In this document: positions 1-10,353 of the stretch, piece after piece | Layout: each line of letters begins with the position of its first letter | How positions within the stretch are numbered: position 1 is the stretch's first letter | DNA from: Candidatus Uhrbacteria bacterium | Lineage (GTDB): Bacteria > Patescibacteriota > Patescibacteriia > UBA9934 | Direction of reading: 5' to 3' | DNA length: 64,000 bases | Assembly: GCA_963822405.1 (NCBI GenBank) | Contig: CAWGHH010000001.1 | Coordinates: 293,373-357,372, forward strand | Notes under the pieces: generated by a model | Told to the model about the DNA's origin: nothing | Database searches by the model: none | The model's input: only the letters and a program-made list of their open reading frames with translations | Position numbers and translations under genes: made by a program

Positions 1-1
1 G

Positions 2-1225
2 CTATTTTAGTCTAAGCGAGTTGAGTCGGCCGGATGCGTCAGAGAAAAATAGCATGTCAAGGGCGGGGGAGACAGAAAGGCTCGACATCTGGGTGTTTAC
101 AGCTGGAGTAGCTACAAGTGACGTTTTAAGTGTGCTCAAATCAACTTTGTACAAGTTGTCGAAGGCCGTAATGAGTGATGGTGCAGAACCGCCGCCGGCT
201 GGCATGGATGTTGGCACGGCGCAGTAGAGGAAATCACTGGTGGCAAACGTACATTTTGAGGCGAGTGTCATGAGTGGAATCTGTTTGCGGGTAGCTGTTT
301 TTTGATCGCCATCTTTATCTGCGTACCAAAGTGTTGCTTTATAGTCTTGGCCAGCGTCTGCGACCGAGTAAATCAAGTGAGCCGAATCCGGTGCCCACTT
401 AGGTGAAAAGTTCGAGCCAGTTACAAAGAGCACGCCGGCGTCTTTGCCGTCTTTGCCAATGAGATACACGCTGTTCTGGCCAAAGGTACTTGAGGCAGTT
501 GATCCTGTGGCTGAGAAGCCAACTATGTTCCCGTCAGGCGACATGTTCACGCTCACTTTATCCTGGTTCGTCCCAAGCGCGGCAATTGGGGTAGCCGATG
601 AACCGTCGGCCGAGGTAATGACTAGAGCACGAGCGGAAGGATCAGTAGCGATGCTTTTAGTTGCAATAGTGCTGCCGTCTTGGGAGAAGGAGAATCCTTC
701 CCAGTGCGCCGGTAGAGTTGATTGGGTAGCTGTATCAAAGTTATAGACCACGTTTGAACCGTCTGGAAACTCGATAGCGGCAATCGTTCCAGCGGCATCA
801 AAGGTTACGCCCGAGGCAGATGGAAACTTAGCGTCAGACATGGCTTTAGCGTTCCCGTTCGCGTCGATTGTGTAGAATTTCCCGTCGCCTGGATCGTAAT
901 ATGAAACGTTGCCGTTAGCCGTGACTGTTGGTGACTTAACTGCGCTCGTGGTCAGCGTAGTTGTCGAAGTAACTCCGCCTTGAGCAATTGCGGAGATCGG
1001 CAATCCACCTGGTCCAGTTGGCGTAGTCACGCTACCTGGGACAAACGGAGTCCCGGCGCCAGCACTTGGCAGGCCGCCGGCAACTTGTGTTGGACCAGGT
1101 TCTTGGCTAATAGGCACTACGCTTGGCTTGGCTCTAAAAAATAGGAAGTACATTCCAGCGCCAATGGCTATAGTTACTACCCCAAGGAGTAGGAGTCTGA
1201 CGATCATTTGATTGCGTTCGTTCAT
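2..1225 (-). CDS. Membrane-anchored beta-propeller (TolB/PD40-like) protein
   Basis: 407 aa ORF; N-terminal TM helix, Pro/Gly linker, repeated FSxDG/WAPDS/SPDG motifs. Confidence 0.6.
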   Translation of the reverse strand: MNERNQMIVRLLLLGVVTIAIGAGMYFLFFRAKPSVVPISQEPGPTQVAGGLPSAGAGTPFVPGSVTTPTGPGGLPISAIAQGGVTSTTTLTTSAVKSPTVTANGNVSYYDPGDGKFYTIDANGNAKAMSDAKFPSASGVTFDAAGTIAAIEFPDGSNVVYNFDTATQSTLPAHWEGFSFSQDGSTIATKSIATDPSARALVITSADGSSATPIAALGTNQDKVSVNMSPDGNIVGFSATGSTASSTFGQNSVYLIGKDGKDAGVLFVTGSNFSPKWAPDSAHLIYSVADAGQDYKATLWYADKDGDQKTATRKQIPLMTLASKCTFATSDFLYCAVPTSMPAGGGSAPSLITAFDNLYKVDLSTLKTSLVATPAVNTQMSSLSVSPALDMLFFSDASGRLNSLRLK

Positions 1226-1246
1226 AGGAGATTTGGTGGCGGTTTA

Positions 1247-2170
1247 TCAACCGAATAGAGCAAAAATCGAACCTGAATAGTAGATGCCGTAGGCTAGAGC
1301 CGTGAGGAGGATGAAACCAAGGGCGCCTATAGTAATAAAAACCGGTACTGTAACAAGAAGCGTAAATGCGAGATCGGCGGTATCAACAATTTGTGAGATT
1401 GTGCCGAAAAGTACATACGGAGGAAGTGCGATATCAATTGCCTTGTTGGCCGTGTAGCTCGCCGCATCACCAGCTGACGTTCCTACGTTGGTAGCCGGAG
1501 GAATTAGTATGGTTCGTCCAAAGCGTGCGTACTTATAAGCAATGTCTGTTGCTGTCCCGATGCCTAAATCAGTTTCTAGGGCAGCTCCTTCGGTAACATC
1601 GGCCAGTGCGCCGGCTCCATCAGCACCCCATCTGACAGCAAATTGCATTGCTTCGGTTTTTGCTTTTTCCGCTAGCGCGTTTGCAGCTTTGTCGGCCATT
1701 TTTTGTTTGGCGCCACGAATGGGACCGAGTTGGGAAACGTCAGTGTCTAGGCTTTGTTGTCTCAGCTGATCCTCGGCCAATCTGTATGTCATGTCTTGTT
1801 CGCGTGCTTCTTCACTTGAGCCGTATTCTCTAAAAGTATCGCGACTAGTAGCGCTTTGGATCATCCGCTGACGTTCGGCCGCTGCCCACCCGGCTTGATC
1901 TGAAAGCCCAGCCATATGCGAGCCTCCGCCCCCTCCGCCCGCCTCTTCTATTTGATCTCCCTCAATGTCTTCGAGCTCTGCTCCTCGGGAGAATGTGCTG
2001 TCTGCCATTAGTGAAGCGCCCAGCATAGCTGCTCGAACATTTTTTGTGGCAGCGCCGGACATTTTGCTTAATATGGATGGCTCTGCGCGTTTTGCGGCAT
2101 TTTTATCTTGACGCAAATTAGCCGCGGCATTTTGCGGATTAAAAGTTTGCGCTGTGGCAGTGGCTGCCAT
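1247..2170 (-). CDS. Hypothetical protein with C-terminal membrane segments
   Basis: 307 aa ORF, hydrophobic C-terminus; TGGTATACT -10 element just upstream of ATG. Confidence 0.6.
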   Translation of the reverse strand: MAATATAQTFNPQNAAANLRQDKNAAKRAEPSILSKMSGAATKNVRAAMLGASLMADSTFSRGAELEDIEGDQIEEAGGGGGGSHMAGLSDQAGWAAAERQRMIQSATSRDTFREYGSSEEAREQDMTYRLAEDQLRQQSLDTDVSQLGPIRGAKQKMADKAANALAEKAKTEAMQFAVRWGADGAGALADVTEGAALETDLGIGTATDIAYKYARFGRTILIPPATNVGTSAGDAASYTANKAIDIALPPYVLFGTISQIVDTADLAFTLLVTVPVFITIGALGFILLTALAYGIYYSGSIFALFG

Positions 2171-2193
2171 ATGCGCTTAAGTATACCAGAAAC

Positions 2194-4491
2194 CTACAGC
2201 ACCTCTACGCTTTTCTTCCCGGCACGAACTCGATAATTTCTTGTCTTCTTTCCAATATTGCTTAGCACTTTGTCAGCCAATGGTCGTTCAATAGATTCGG
2301 CGATAACTCGTCTAACATCACGTGCGCCAAATTTAGGGTTTACGGATTTGACCAGTTGTTCAAGCGCTTTTGTATCAGCTTTTAGTGAGATTCCGCGGTT
2401 TTTTAGGCGAGCCTCCAGTTCCTTGATTTCGCGGACGGCAATCTTCTGCATGTCGACGAGCGTCAGAGAGCTGAACAGACAGACGCGATCAATGCGGTTC
2501 AAGAATTCGGCTTTGAAGCTATCTTCAAGAACCGCGCGCATGTCAGTTTTTTCTTTGATAGCTTTGCCAGTGAAGCCTACGGCGCCACGCTCGAATAATT
2601 CTCGACCAGCATTTGAGGTCATGATGATGACAGTATTGCGGAAGTTCACGGGTGTTCCTGTGGCATCGGTAATTGTTCCTTCGTCGAGTATCTGAAGTAG
2701 GAGATGATGAATATCGGCGTGAGCTTTTTCAAGCTCGTCAAATAAAACCACGGAATATGGCCTGGCTTTGACCGCGTCAGTTAATCGCGCGGTTTCGCGG
2801 TAACCAATATAGCCAGGGGGAGAGCCAATAAGTTTGCTGGCACTAAAGCTTTCCGTATATTCGCCCATGTCTAATCTGATCAAGGCCTTTTCATCTTCAA
2901 AAACTTCTGCCGCCACTGCTTTGGCCATTTCGGTTTTACCAACTCCGGAGGGGCCGACGAACATGAATGACGCCAGCGGTCTATCAGTTCTTTGAAAACC
3001 AAGCTTAGCGCGAATAATACTGGAGGCCACGGCCTCTACTGCCTCGGTCTGTGCAAGGACTCGGTTTGCAAGTCTGGCTTTAAGTGTTTTTAGTTTGTCG
3101 CCATCGTCGGACTCGAGCCGTTCAAGCGGGACGCCGGTAACTGTTGCTGCAACTCGCCGTACATCGTCAGTTGTAATGTCGAGTTTTTTGGTTCGGTACG
3201 CGCTACCAACCTCGTCCAGCAGATCAATCGCTTTGTCTGGAAAAGCTTTGTGCGGGAAATATCGGCCAGAGATTTCGACTATAGTCGCAAAGGCTTCTTT
3301 GGCAAATTTTACGCCGTGATGCTTGGCGTAGGCGGGTGCTAGGCCAGCCAGAATCAGTTTGGTTTCTTCGGCTGATGGTTCACGCACAGTAATGGCGGCA
3401 AACCGGCGGGAAAGTGCGCCGTCATCTTCAATGTGCTTTTTGAACTCTTCGCGCGTGGTTGCGCCAATAACGCGAATCTCACCGCGAGCAAGCGCCGGTT
3501 TCATGATGTTCGCTGCGTCCATAGCGCCACTGCCCGAACCTGCGCCGACCAGCGTATGCAGTTCGTCAATAAACAAAACAGTATTTTTTGCTTCTTTCAA
3601 ATCTTCAATCACGTCATGTAATCGTTCTTCAAAGTCGCCTCTGTACATGGCACCGGCCAGCAAAGCCGCCATGTCTAGCATGTAAATTTTTGTGTCTTTG
3701 AGTGCGGTCGGAGCGGTGCCGTCAACAATTCGCTTGGCTAGTCCCTCGACAATAGCTGTTTTGCCAACCCCCGGGTCACCAAGCAAGAGGGGATTATTTT
3801 TTGATTTGCGGGATAAGATGCGAGCGAGTCTATCAATCTCGATGTCGCGACCAATCAATGCGTCGATTTTTTTGACGTGGTCGGCGTGAGTGAGCTCGAC
3901 GCTAAAAAACTGGAGAGCGTTTTGTTCATTTTTCGGCACTTCGTCATGAACATGTCCACATTCTGCGCACGGTTTGGACGCCTCTTTTTGTGCCTCTCTT
4001 GTGCCAATTGGTCTAGTTTCGGCGGGCAAAGCAGGGGCGCGAGTTTGTCTGAAAATATCCGCCAACGCTTCTTCGATTGACGCTGTTTCTACACCAGCTT
4101 GGTCGAGTAATGTGGTGATTGTATGCGGTCGAAGGGCAAGAATTCCGTAAAGCAAATGTTCCGTACTGACAATTTGATGATCGTGCAGATTTGCAGTCAG
4201 CATCGCTTTTTCCATGGCCGCTTTCGCCTCGATTGATAAAAATGGACGTTTTGCTTTGTCTGGTATGCCGAAGGCTGAAGTTCTGCTTGGCTTTTTGAGT
4301 GACTCGATAACTTCTACGTCCAGCCCAGACTTTTTTAGAAGTTCCGCGCCTAAACAGCCTTCTTCCGTGCCAATCGCCCAAAACAAATGCTCAGGCGTAA
4401 TTGCTTCGCTTCCTTCCTCTATAACAAGCGTCAACGCTCTAGTGAGCGCTGCGTTTAGATGAGGCGAAAATTTATCTACAAGTTCAGGCAT
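2194..4491 (-). CDS. clpC: ATP-dependent Clp protease ATP-binding subunit (ClpA/ClpC family)
   Basis: Clp N domain, two Walker A motifs ([16 protein letters not shown]), Walker B LFIDELH / [19 protein letters not shown]. Confidence 0.85.
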   Translation of the reverse strand: MPELVDKFSPHLNAALTRALTLVIEEGSEAITPEHLFWAIGTEEGCLGAELLKKSGLDVEVIESLKKPSRTSAFGIPDKAKRPFLSIEAKAAMEKAMLTANLHDHQIVSTEHLLYGILALRPHTITTLLDQAGVETASIEEALADIFRQTRAPALPAETRPIGTREAQKEASKPCAECGHVHDEVPKNEQNALQFFSVELTHADHVKKIDALIGRDIEIDRLARILSRKSKNNPLLLGDPGVGKTAIVEGLAKRIVDGTAPTALKDTKIYMLDMAALLAGAMYRGDFEERLHDVIEDLKEAKNTVLFIDELHTLVGAGSGSGAMDAANIMKPALARGEIRVIGATTREEFKKHIEDDGALSRRFAAITVREPSAEETKLILAGLAPAYAKHHGVKFAKEAFATIVEISGRYFPHKAFPDKAIDLLDEVGSAYRTKKLDITTDDVRRVAATVTGVPLERLESDDGDKLKTLKARLANRVLAQTEAVEAVASSIIRAKLGFQRTDRPLASFMFVGPSGVGKTEMAKAVAAEVFEDEKALIRLDMGEYTESFSASKLIGSPPGYIGYRETARLTDAVKARPYSVVLFDELEKAHADIHHLLLQILDEGTITDATGTPVNFRNTVIIMTSNAGRELFERGAVGFTGKAIKEKTDMRAVLEDSFKAEFLNRIDRVCLFSSLTLVDMQKIAVREIKELEARLKNRGISLKADTKALEQLVKSVNPKFGARDVRRVIAESIERPLADKVLSNIGKKTRNYRVRAGKKSVEVL

Positions 4492-4494
4492 AGG

Positions 4495-5361
4495 CTAACC
4501 TCCCATTTCTCTTAGGCGTTTAACTCTTTCGGCGACCGGTGGGTGAGTGGCGAACAAGGCTGATACTTTATTGCCAAACGGATTAGCGATGAACAAGTGA
4601 GCGGTAGCTCGATTGGCCTTTTCCATTGGGATGTTTGCACCGGAGATTTTTTCGAGCGCACTCGCGAGTCCTTCTGGGAATCTCGTAAGTAGCGCACCGG
4701 ACGCGTCGGCGAGATACTCGCGTTGTCGTGAAACTGCGAGCTGGATGATCTGTGCGAGGATCGGCGAGAGAATTGAGAGCACAATGCCGATAATTATAAA
4801 GGCAATCATTCCGTCATTTTTCTTGCCACCAAATCTGGCGTGCAAGAAGATATTACTCATGAGCATGATGGCGCCGACGAGCACAACGACAATCGTCATC
4901 ACGCGCAAATCATAGTTTTTGACGTGCGAGAGTTCATGCGCCGCTACGCCTTCTAGTTCTTGCTTGTCGAGAATAGCGAGGAGACCTGTTGTGAACGCAA
5001 TCGACGCTGTCTTTGGATCACGACCAGTCGCAAACGCGTTCGGCGAGGCTTCGTCCATGATGTAGACCTTTGGCATCGGTACGCCGTCTGCTATACAGAG
5101 GTTTTCGACAATGTTCCAAATCTCCGGCGCATCACTTTTCTGAATTTGCTTAGCGCCGTTTACCGCTAGCGCAATCTTGTCAGAAAAGTAATAGCTAAAG
5201 AGGGAATAGAAAGTAGCAAACACCGTCCCAATGACAATCGACGATCCCGCATCAACGTCATTCGCGGCTCCAAAGACTACACTCAAAAGCACGATCACCG
5301 CGCAGGCGATGGCAATCAGAAGCCAAGTTTTTCGCTTGTTCGCGGTGATTTGTGAATACAT
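4495..5361 (-). CDS. htpX: Zinc metalloprotease HtpX (M48)
   Basis: PNAFATG, HELSH zinc motif, SRQREYLAD, THPP; directly downstream of lemA. Confidence 0.93.
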   Translation of the reverse strand: MYSQITANKRKTWLLIAIACAVIVLLSVVFGAANDVDAGSSIVIGTVFATFYSLFSYYFSDKIALAVNGAKQIQKSDAPEIWNIVENLCIADGVPMPKVYIMDEASPNAFATGRDPKTASIAFTTGLLAILDKQELEGVAAHELSHVKNYDLRVMTIVVVLVGAIMLMSNIFLHARFGGKKNDGMIAFIIIGIVLSILSPILAQIIQLAVSRQREYLADASGALLTRFPEGLASALEKISGANIPMEKANRATAHLFIANPFGNKVSALFATHPPVAERVKRLREMGG

Positions 5362-5362
5362 A

Positions 5363-5914
5363 CTAGAATTTTACTTCAGGAACAGCATTCGCCTCATCTG
5401 GTGCATCGTAGAAATCGTATTTCTTGAAGCCGAGGGAATTGGCAATCATGTTGTTTGGGAAAACGGCGATCTTTATGTTGAAATCCCGAACCTGGCCATT
5501 GTAGAAACGGCGGGAGGCCTGGATCTTGTCTTCGGTGTCGACGAGCTCGGTCTGTAACTGGCGGAAATTGTCATTAGCCTTCAAATCTGGATAGCTTTCA
5601 GCTACGGCGAACAAGGACTTCAAGGTGTTCGTCAGCATGCCTTCAGCCTTAGCGTGTTCCGCTGGGGTTGAAGCTTGCATGGCCTGTGAACGAGCCTCTG
5701 TTACTTTAGTGAAAACAGAATCTTCATGTTGAGCGTAGCCTTTGACGGTATTTACGAGGTTCGGGATCAAGTCATAGCGACGCTTGAGCTGAACTTCAAT
5801 GTCCCCAAGTGCTTCTTCAACTCTCGTTTTGAGCGTGATCAAACCGTTATACACGGCCATTAGCCAAAAACCGATCGCTACGAGCACCAAGACGATGATA
5901 GGTAAGAACATCAT
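5363..5914 (-). CDS. lemA: LemA family protein
   Basis: QLKRRYDLIPNLVNTVKGY, ESYPDLKA, RRFYN motifs; start trimmed to MMFLPII. Confidence 0.93.
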   Translation of the reverse strand: MMFLPIIVLVLVAIGFWLMAVYNGLITLKTRVEEALGDIEVQLKRRYDLIPNLVNTVKGYAQHEDSVFTKVTEARSQAMQASTPAEHAKAEGMLTNTLKSLFAVAESYPDLKANDNFRQLQTELVDTEDKIQASRRFYNGQVRDFNIKIAVFPNNMIANSLGFKKYDFYDAPDEANAVPEVKF

Positions 5915-5971
5915 ATCTTTGCTTTGAAGATTAAAGAGTATTAGCATTACTGTAGTATCCTTTGACCATCT

Positions 5972-7306
5972 ATGCAACTACCAGAACATATTTTCAAGGC
6001 TAACGATATTCGCGGTTTGCTTGAGGAGGTAACGCCGGAGATTGCTTATCTAGCTGGGCGAGCAATTGTGCGTAAGACTGGCGCAAAAACGGTCGTAGTT
6101 GGTCGCGACATGCGGTCGACGAGTGAATCTTTGCAGTCTGAGGCTATTCGAGGCATTAAAAGCATGGGTGCGAACGTCATTAACATCGGTTTGACGACTA
6201 CGAGCGTGTTCAATTTTGCAACGTCGAGCATGGGCAAGGTCGATGCCGGCCTAATGGTGACCGCTTCGCATAATCCTGCGGAGTATAACGGTATAAAATT
6301 TGCTGACGGCACTGGTTTGCCGATTCCTGGACCGGCAATTCTCGACGAAATCAACAAAGATAATGAAAAAGTGCACGCCGAGGGCTTAGTGACGGATCAC
6401 GACATTATTGAGGAGTATGTCGAGTTCTGTGTTCGTAACGCGCACTTGTCAGACGTGAAAGGAATGAAGATCGCTGTTGATTACGGAAACGGCATGGGTT
6501 CTATCGCGCTTCGGCCTCTAGCATTTAGGCTCGGCATTGAGCTCACCGAACTTTACGCAGATCCTGACGCACGGTTTCCGAATCATGAAGCGAACCCGAA
6601 CAAGCGCGAGACATTAGCTGACATCGAGAGACTCCTCGCTGGCGGTGAATTTGCATTCGGGGTTGCGCTTGACGGTGACGCTGACCGAATCGGATTCCTC
6701 GATAACATCGGTGCGCCATTGCGAGGTGACGAGGTGCTCGCGCTATTCGCCGCCGACGAACTTGAAAGAAATCCCGGCGCAACAATTATTTATCAACCAA
6801 ACCACACCTGGGCCACGCTCGACGCCATTAATGAACACGGCGGAAAAGGCGTTTTGCGACAAATCGGTCGTACTCGTGTGGTCGAGGGTATGCGTACGGA
6901 ACACGCCCGCTTGGGCGGGGAAGTCTCCAGTCATTTCTTCTTCGCCGAAACCGCTGGCCTCGAGTCTGTCGATTTCGCGTTTTGTAGAATGATCTCAATC
7001 ATTGCGAAAGCAAAAAAACCACTCCACGAAATCTCTGCTCCTCTTCGTAAATATTCAAACAGTTGGGAAGTGAATTTCGAGGTTCACGACAAAGTCGCAG
7101 TGACAAAGCGTGTCGAAGACGCTTTTCTCTCTCAGGCCACGAGCGTCAACAGACTCGACGGCATCCGTTGCGAGTTCGGTCGCGACTGGTGGTTCATCCT
7201 CCGCGCCTCAAACACTGAGCCATTATTGCGTCTCATCGTCGAAGCGACGAGCAGAGAACTGATGGAGAGTAAGAGGGACGAATTAGCTCGAATCATCGCT
7301 ATCTAG
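5972..7306 (+). CDS. Phosphomannomutase/phosphoglucomutase
   Basis: TASHNP active site, DGDADR metal loop, GEVSSH, RASNTEPLLR. Confidence 0.93.
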   Translation: MQLPEHIFKANDIRGLLEEVTPEIAYLAGRAIVRKTGAKTVVVGRDMRSTSESLQSEAIRGIKSMGANVINIGLTTTSVFNFATSSMGKVDAGLMVTASHNPAEYNGIKFADGTGLPIPGPAILDEINKDNEKVHAEGLVTDHDIIEEYVEFCVRNAHLSDVKGMKIAVDYGNGMGSIALRPLAFRLGIELTELYADPDARFPNHEANPNKRETLADIERLLAGGEFAFGVALDGDADRIGFLDNIGAPLRGDEVLALFAADELERNPGATIIYQPNHTWATLDAINEHGGKGVLRQIGRTRVVEGMRTEHARLGGEVSSHFFFAETAGLESVDFAFCRMISIIAKAKKPLHEISAPLRKYSNSWEVNFEVHDKVAVTKRVEDAFLSQATSVNRLDGIRCEFGRDWWFILRASNTEPLLRLIVEATSRELMESKRDELARIIAI

Positions 7307-7321
7307 TACAATCTCTCCATT

Positions 7322-8404
7322 ATGTTGCTCACCATTTTTATTTTTCTTTTAGTTCTTTCTTTGCTTGTTGTTGTTCATGAGCTTGGCCACTATATTGCGG
7401 CGCGGCAGATGGGGATGGATGTGGAGGAGTTTGGGTTTGGTTTTCCGCCACGGTTGTTTGGGCGGAAGGATAAGAATGGCATGATGTGGAGCGTAAACTT
7501 GATTCCGCTTGGTGGTTTTGTGAAGCTAAAGGGTGAGAATGGCGAGAACAGACATGAGACTGGAGCCTTTGCACATAAGAGCATTCCGGCACGTCTGTAT
7601 GTTTTGTTCGCTGGCGTAATCATGAACTTTTTGTTAGCCTGGGTTTTATTCTCGGCCGGTTTTTTGTTCGGCCTCCCGTCAATTATTGAGGGAATAAATT
7701 TTAAGTCGGCCATTATTTCTAATCGCGCCGTGAACGTGATGCAGGTTCTCCCGGATTCGCCAGCGGCTCAAGCGGGAATTGCTGAGGGGGATCAGCTAGT
7801 TACAGTCGACGGCCAAATTTATTCTACCGGTGAAGAAACTCGCACAGCCTTGGCGCCACATGCGGACGGTTCGCCGATTGCCATCACTTTCAAGCATGAC
7901 GGAAAACTTGTTCGCGCTGACATGGTTCCAGAATTTAATGCAGAGGCTGACAAGGCAATCATCGGCGTCGCTTTAGTTGAAACCGGAACCGTTCGCTTTC
8001 CGTTTTACATCGCGCCAATCAAAGGACTTGAGACAACAGCTGGCATGAGTTATGACGTAGTTGGCGCTTTTGCTGGCTTGATTGCCGGCGTATTCCAGCA
8101 TAAGAACGTGGCAGCCGAACTATCTGGTCCAATTGGTATTGCTAATTTAACTGGTCAAGTCGCTCGCCTGGGCTTCTGGCATTTGGTCCAGTTTGCAGCC
8201 ATGTTGTCAGTAAACCTCATGGTTTTGAACGCCTTACCGTTCCCCGCGCTTGATGGTGGCCGAGCCCTGTTTGTCGCCATTGAAGGCATCCGCCGAAAGC
8301 CAAACAGCCTTCAGTTTGAACAAGCTGCCCACACTATTGGCTTTGCGTTGTTGATCTTGCTGGTATTGTTTGTTACATATAAAGATATTGTGAAGTTATT
8401 TTAG
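7322..8404 (+). CDS. rseP: RIP metalloprotease RseP (M50) with PDZ domain
   Basis: HELGH, IPLGGFV, NALPFPALDGG. Confidence 0.93.
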   Translation: MLLTIFIFLLVLSLLVVVHELGHYIAARQMGMDVEEFGFGFPPRLFGRKDKNGMMWSVNLIPLGGFVKLKGENGENRHETGAFAHKSIPARLYVLFAGVIMNFLLAWVLFSAGFLFGLPSIIEGINFKSAIISNRAVNVMQVLPDSPAAQAGIAEGDQLVTVDGQIYSTGEETRTALAPHADGSPIAITFKHDGKLVRADMVPEFNAEADKAIIGVALVETGTVRFPFYIAPIKGLETTAGMSYDVVGAFAGLIAGVFQHKNVAAELSGPIGIANLTGQVARLGFWHLVQFAAMLSVNLMVLNALPFPALDGGRALFVAIEGIRRKPNSLQFEQAAHTIGFALLILLVLFVTYKDIVKLF

Positions 8405-8429
8405 GGTGTAGGGTGTAGCGTGTAGGAAG
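8402..8429 (+). repeat. G-rich heptamer array (TAGGGTG TAGGGTG TAGCGTG TAGGAAG), left arm
   Basis: Read directly; the first TAG is the rseP stop codon. Confidence 0.9.
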
Positions 8430-8437
8430 AAGGGAGT

Positions 8438-8848
8438 ATGAAAATACAATCGTACGAAGATCTTGAAGTGTGGAAAAAGTCGATGGATCTCGTCGAGAAG
8501 ATTTATTTGATTACTAAGATGTTTCCGACGGATGAGCGGTTTGGGTTGATCTCGCAGATGCAACGAGCCGCCGTTTCAATTCCAAGTAACATTGCTGAAG
8601 GTTATCGACGTCGAGGAAGAGGGGACTATCTTAAATTTCTTGGGTACGCATATGGTTCGGGAGCTGAGCTAGAAACGCAACTCGAAATTTCCTTTAGATT
8701 GAAGTACTGTATGGAGGCTCGATACACAGAGACAAAATCTTTGCTAACAGAAGTCATGAAAATGTTTAATGTCATGATGTGGCGTCTTGAATCCACCCGC
8801 CCATCTGCGACACCCTACACCCCACGCCCTACCCCCTATGATAAATAA
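8438..8848 (+). CDS. Four helix bundle protein (23S rRNA IVP / Avd-like family)
   Basis: YEDLEVWKKS, FPxDERFGLISQMQRAAVSIPSNIAEG, GSGAELETQL; C-terminus reads through the heptamer array. Confidence 0.92.
   Translation: MKIQSYEDLEVWKKSMDLVEKIYLITKMFPTDERFGLISQMQRAAVSIPSNIAEGYRRRGRGDYLKFLGYAYGSGAELETQLEISFRLKYCMEARYTETKSLLTEVMKMFNVMMWRLESTRPSATPYTPRPTPYDK
8811..8838 (+). repeat. C-rich heptamer array (CACCCTA CACCCCA CGCCCTA CCCCCTA), right arm
   Basis: Approximate reverse complement of 8402-8429; last A is the A of the pheS ATG. Confidence 0.9.
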
Positions 8849-9908
8849 ATTACAAGAACTTGAAACCGAATGTCTCAAAGCCTTCTCGACTATCTCGACG
8901 GCGGCCGAACTTGAAACTACTCGCGTAGCTTTTCTTGGTCGAAAGGGCCGGCTCGCCGACATCATGGCTGACTTGCCAACTTTGTCGCCGGACGAAAAAC
9001 GGGCTGCTGGTCAGAAGGCTAATGAAGTGAAGTCCGCAATAGAAGGCGCGTTTGAAGCTGCAAAAGCCAGACTCGACGCGGCTGAATCTGCATCACGTGC
9101 TGAAAAAGAATGGCTCGACATCTCACTTCCTGGAACCGAACCAGCCGTTGGCCATCTTCACATTACAAGTCAGGCGATAGAAGACATTTCCGATATTTTT
9201 TCGCGCATCGGTTTCGTCAGAGCTCGACATCCAGAAATCGATTGGGATTATTACGCGTTCGAATCTCTCAACATGCCAAAGGATCATCCAGCGCGTGATG
9301 ATTGGGAAACTTTTTTCGTCGAGGGTGAAAATGGGAAGGTTGCGGAAGGCGAAAAGGGTAAAATCGTTCTTACCCCTCATACCAGCAATGCCCAGGTGCG
9401 AGAAATGGAAAAGGGTCAGTTGCCAATCCGCATGATTAACATCGGTAAATGCTACCGCCGACAATCTGATACTCGACATCTTTCCATGTTCCACCAATTC
9501 GAAGGTTTAGTGATCGACAAGACCGCGACTGTGGTCGAGCTCAAGGGCGTTTGCGACTACTTCGCAAAGCAATTTTTCGGTGAAGGCAGGGTAACCCGCC
9601 TACGTCCGTATCATTTCCGTTTCACCGAACCCAGTTTCGAACTCGACATCTCCTGCGGCATGTGCGCGGGAACCGGTTTGGTCGCTGGTGTGAAATGCAA
9701 ACTCTGCAAAGCCGGTTGGCTTGAACTCGGCGGGGCCGGCATGGTGCATCCGAACGTTCTCAAGGCTGGCGGACTTGATCCAAAAGAATACCAAGGCTTC
9801 GCCTTCGGCTGGGGCGTCGAGCGTACCGCTATGATGCGTTCCGGTTTGAACATCGACGATATCCGCATTATGTATAGAAATGACCTGAAGTTCCTTGAAC
9901 AGTTTTAA
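8838..9908 (+). CDS. pheS: Phenylalanine--tRNA ligase alpha subunit
   Basis: HPARD, HTS, FHQFEG, FRFTEPS, GAGMVHPNV, GFAFGWGVER; start placed at MINKLQE. Confidence 0.96.
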   Translation: MINKLQELETECLKAFSTISTAAELETTRVAFLGRKGRLADIMADLPTLSPDEKRAAGQKANEVKSAIEGAFEAAKARLDAAESASRAEKEWLDISLPGTEPAVGHLHITSQAIEDISDIFSRIGFVRARHPEIDWDYYAFESLNMPKDHPARDDWETFFVEGENGKVAEGEKGKIVLTPHTSNAQVREMEKGQLPIRMINIGKCYRRQSDTRHLSMFHQFEGLVIDKTATVVELKGVCDYFAKQFFGEGRVTRLRPYHFRFTEPSFELDISCGMCAGTGLVAGVKCKLCKAGWLELGGAGMVHPNVLKAGGLDPKEYQGFAFGWGVERTAMMRSGLNIDDIRIMYRNDLKFLEQF

Positions 9909-9910
9909 AT

Positions 9911-10294
9911 GTGGAAAAGGACTTTGATAAATGGAATGTAGTGAAGCAAACACTTCATCATCGACGGCATAAAATGTTTGTAAAAGAACGAGAAGTTTGG
10001 TGGTGTTCGATCGGCGTCAATGTAGGACATGAGGAAAATGGAAAAAATGAGACCTACGAAAGACCGGTGTTGATTCTCAGAAAGATGCAACCGGAACTAT
10101 TCCTCGCGGTTCCATTGTCGACAAAACTCAGAGAATCAATATCACGATTCGAACACCGGAGAAAAGAAAAAAATGAAGCGGTACTCTTGGGTCAGCTGCG
10201 TATACTAAGTACGAGCAGACTTCAGCGCAGAATGTGGCGAATGGCTGAGGGAGAATTTGAGGAAATCAAGAAACAGCTAAAAGATCTCATATAA
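9911..10294 (+). CDS. PemK/MazF-like toxin family protein (no protein antitoxin adjacent)
   Basis: KDFDKWN...EREVWWCSIGVNVGHEENGK...RPVLIL...VPLST...QLRILSTSRL matches the PemK/MazF fold signature; GTG start. Confidence 0.78.
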   Translation: MEKDFDKWNVVKQTLHHRRHKMFVKEREVWWCSIGVNVGHEENGKNETYERPVLILRKMQPELFLAVPLSTKLRESISRFEHRRKEKNEAVLLGQLRILSTSRLQRRMWRMAEGEFEEIKKQLKDLI

Positions 10295-10348
10295 AATCGA
10301 AACGCGCCCGTATGGGCGCGAATCTCGGGGGCCTTACGGCCATGTGTA
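10292..10348 (-). ncRNA. Candidate ~55-nt antisense-oriented small RNA with two hairpins
   Basis: Minus strand reads GGCC-GTAA-GGCC, then CGCGCCC-ATAC-GGGCGCG, then TTTCGATTTT; a promoter lies immediately upstream on the same strand. Confidence 0.45.
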
Positions 10349-10353
10349 ATCGC

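Noticed and set aside
8402-8429. Telomere or G-quadruplex interpretation of TAGGGTG repeats
   Set aside because: Internal location, and only two intact GGG tracts in this arm; pairing with the complementary arm explains it better
8438-8848. Diversity-generating retroelement (Avd-like gene)
   Set aside because: No reverse transcriptase and no TR/VR pair with adenine-specific mismatches in the window
9650-9712. Cys-rich insert in PheS as a novelty
   Set aside because: A CxxC...CxxC segment at this position is common in bacterial PheS
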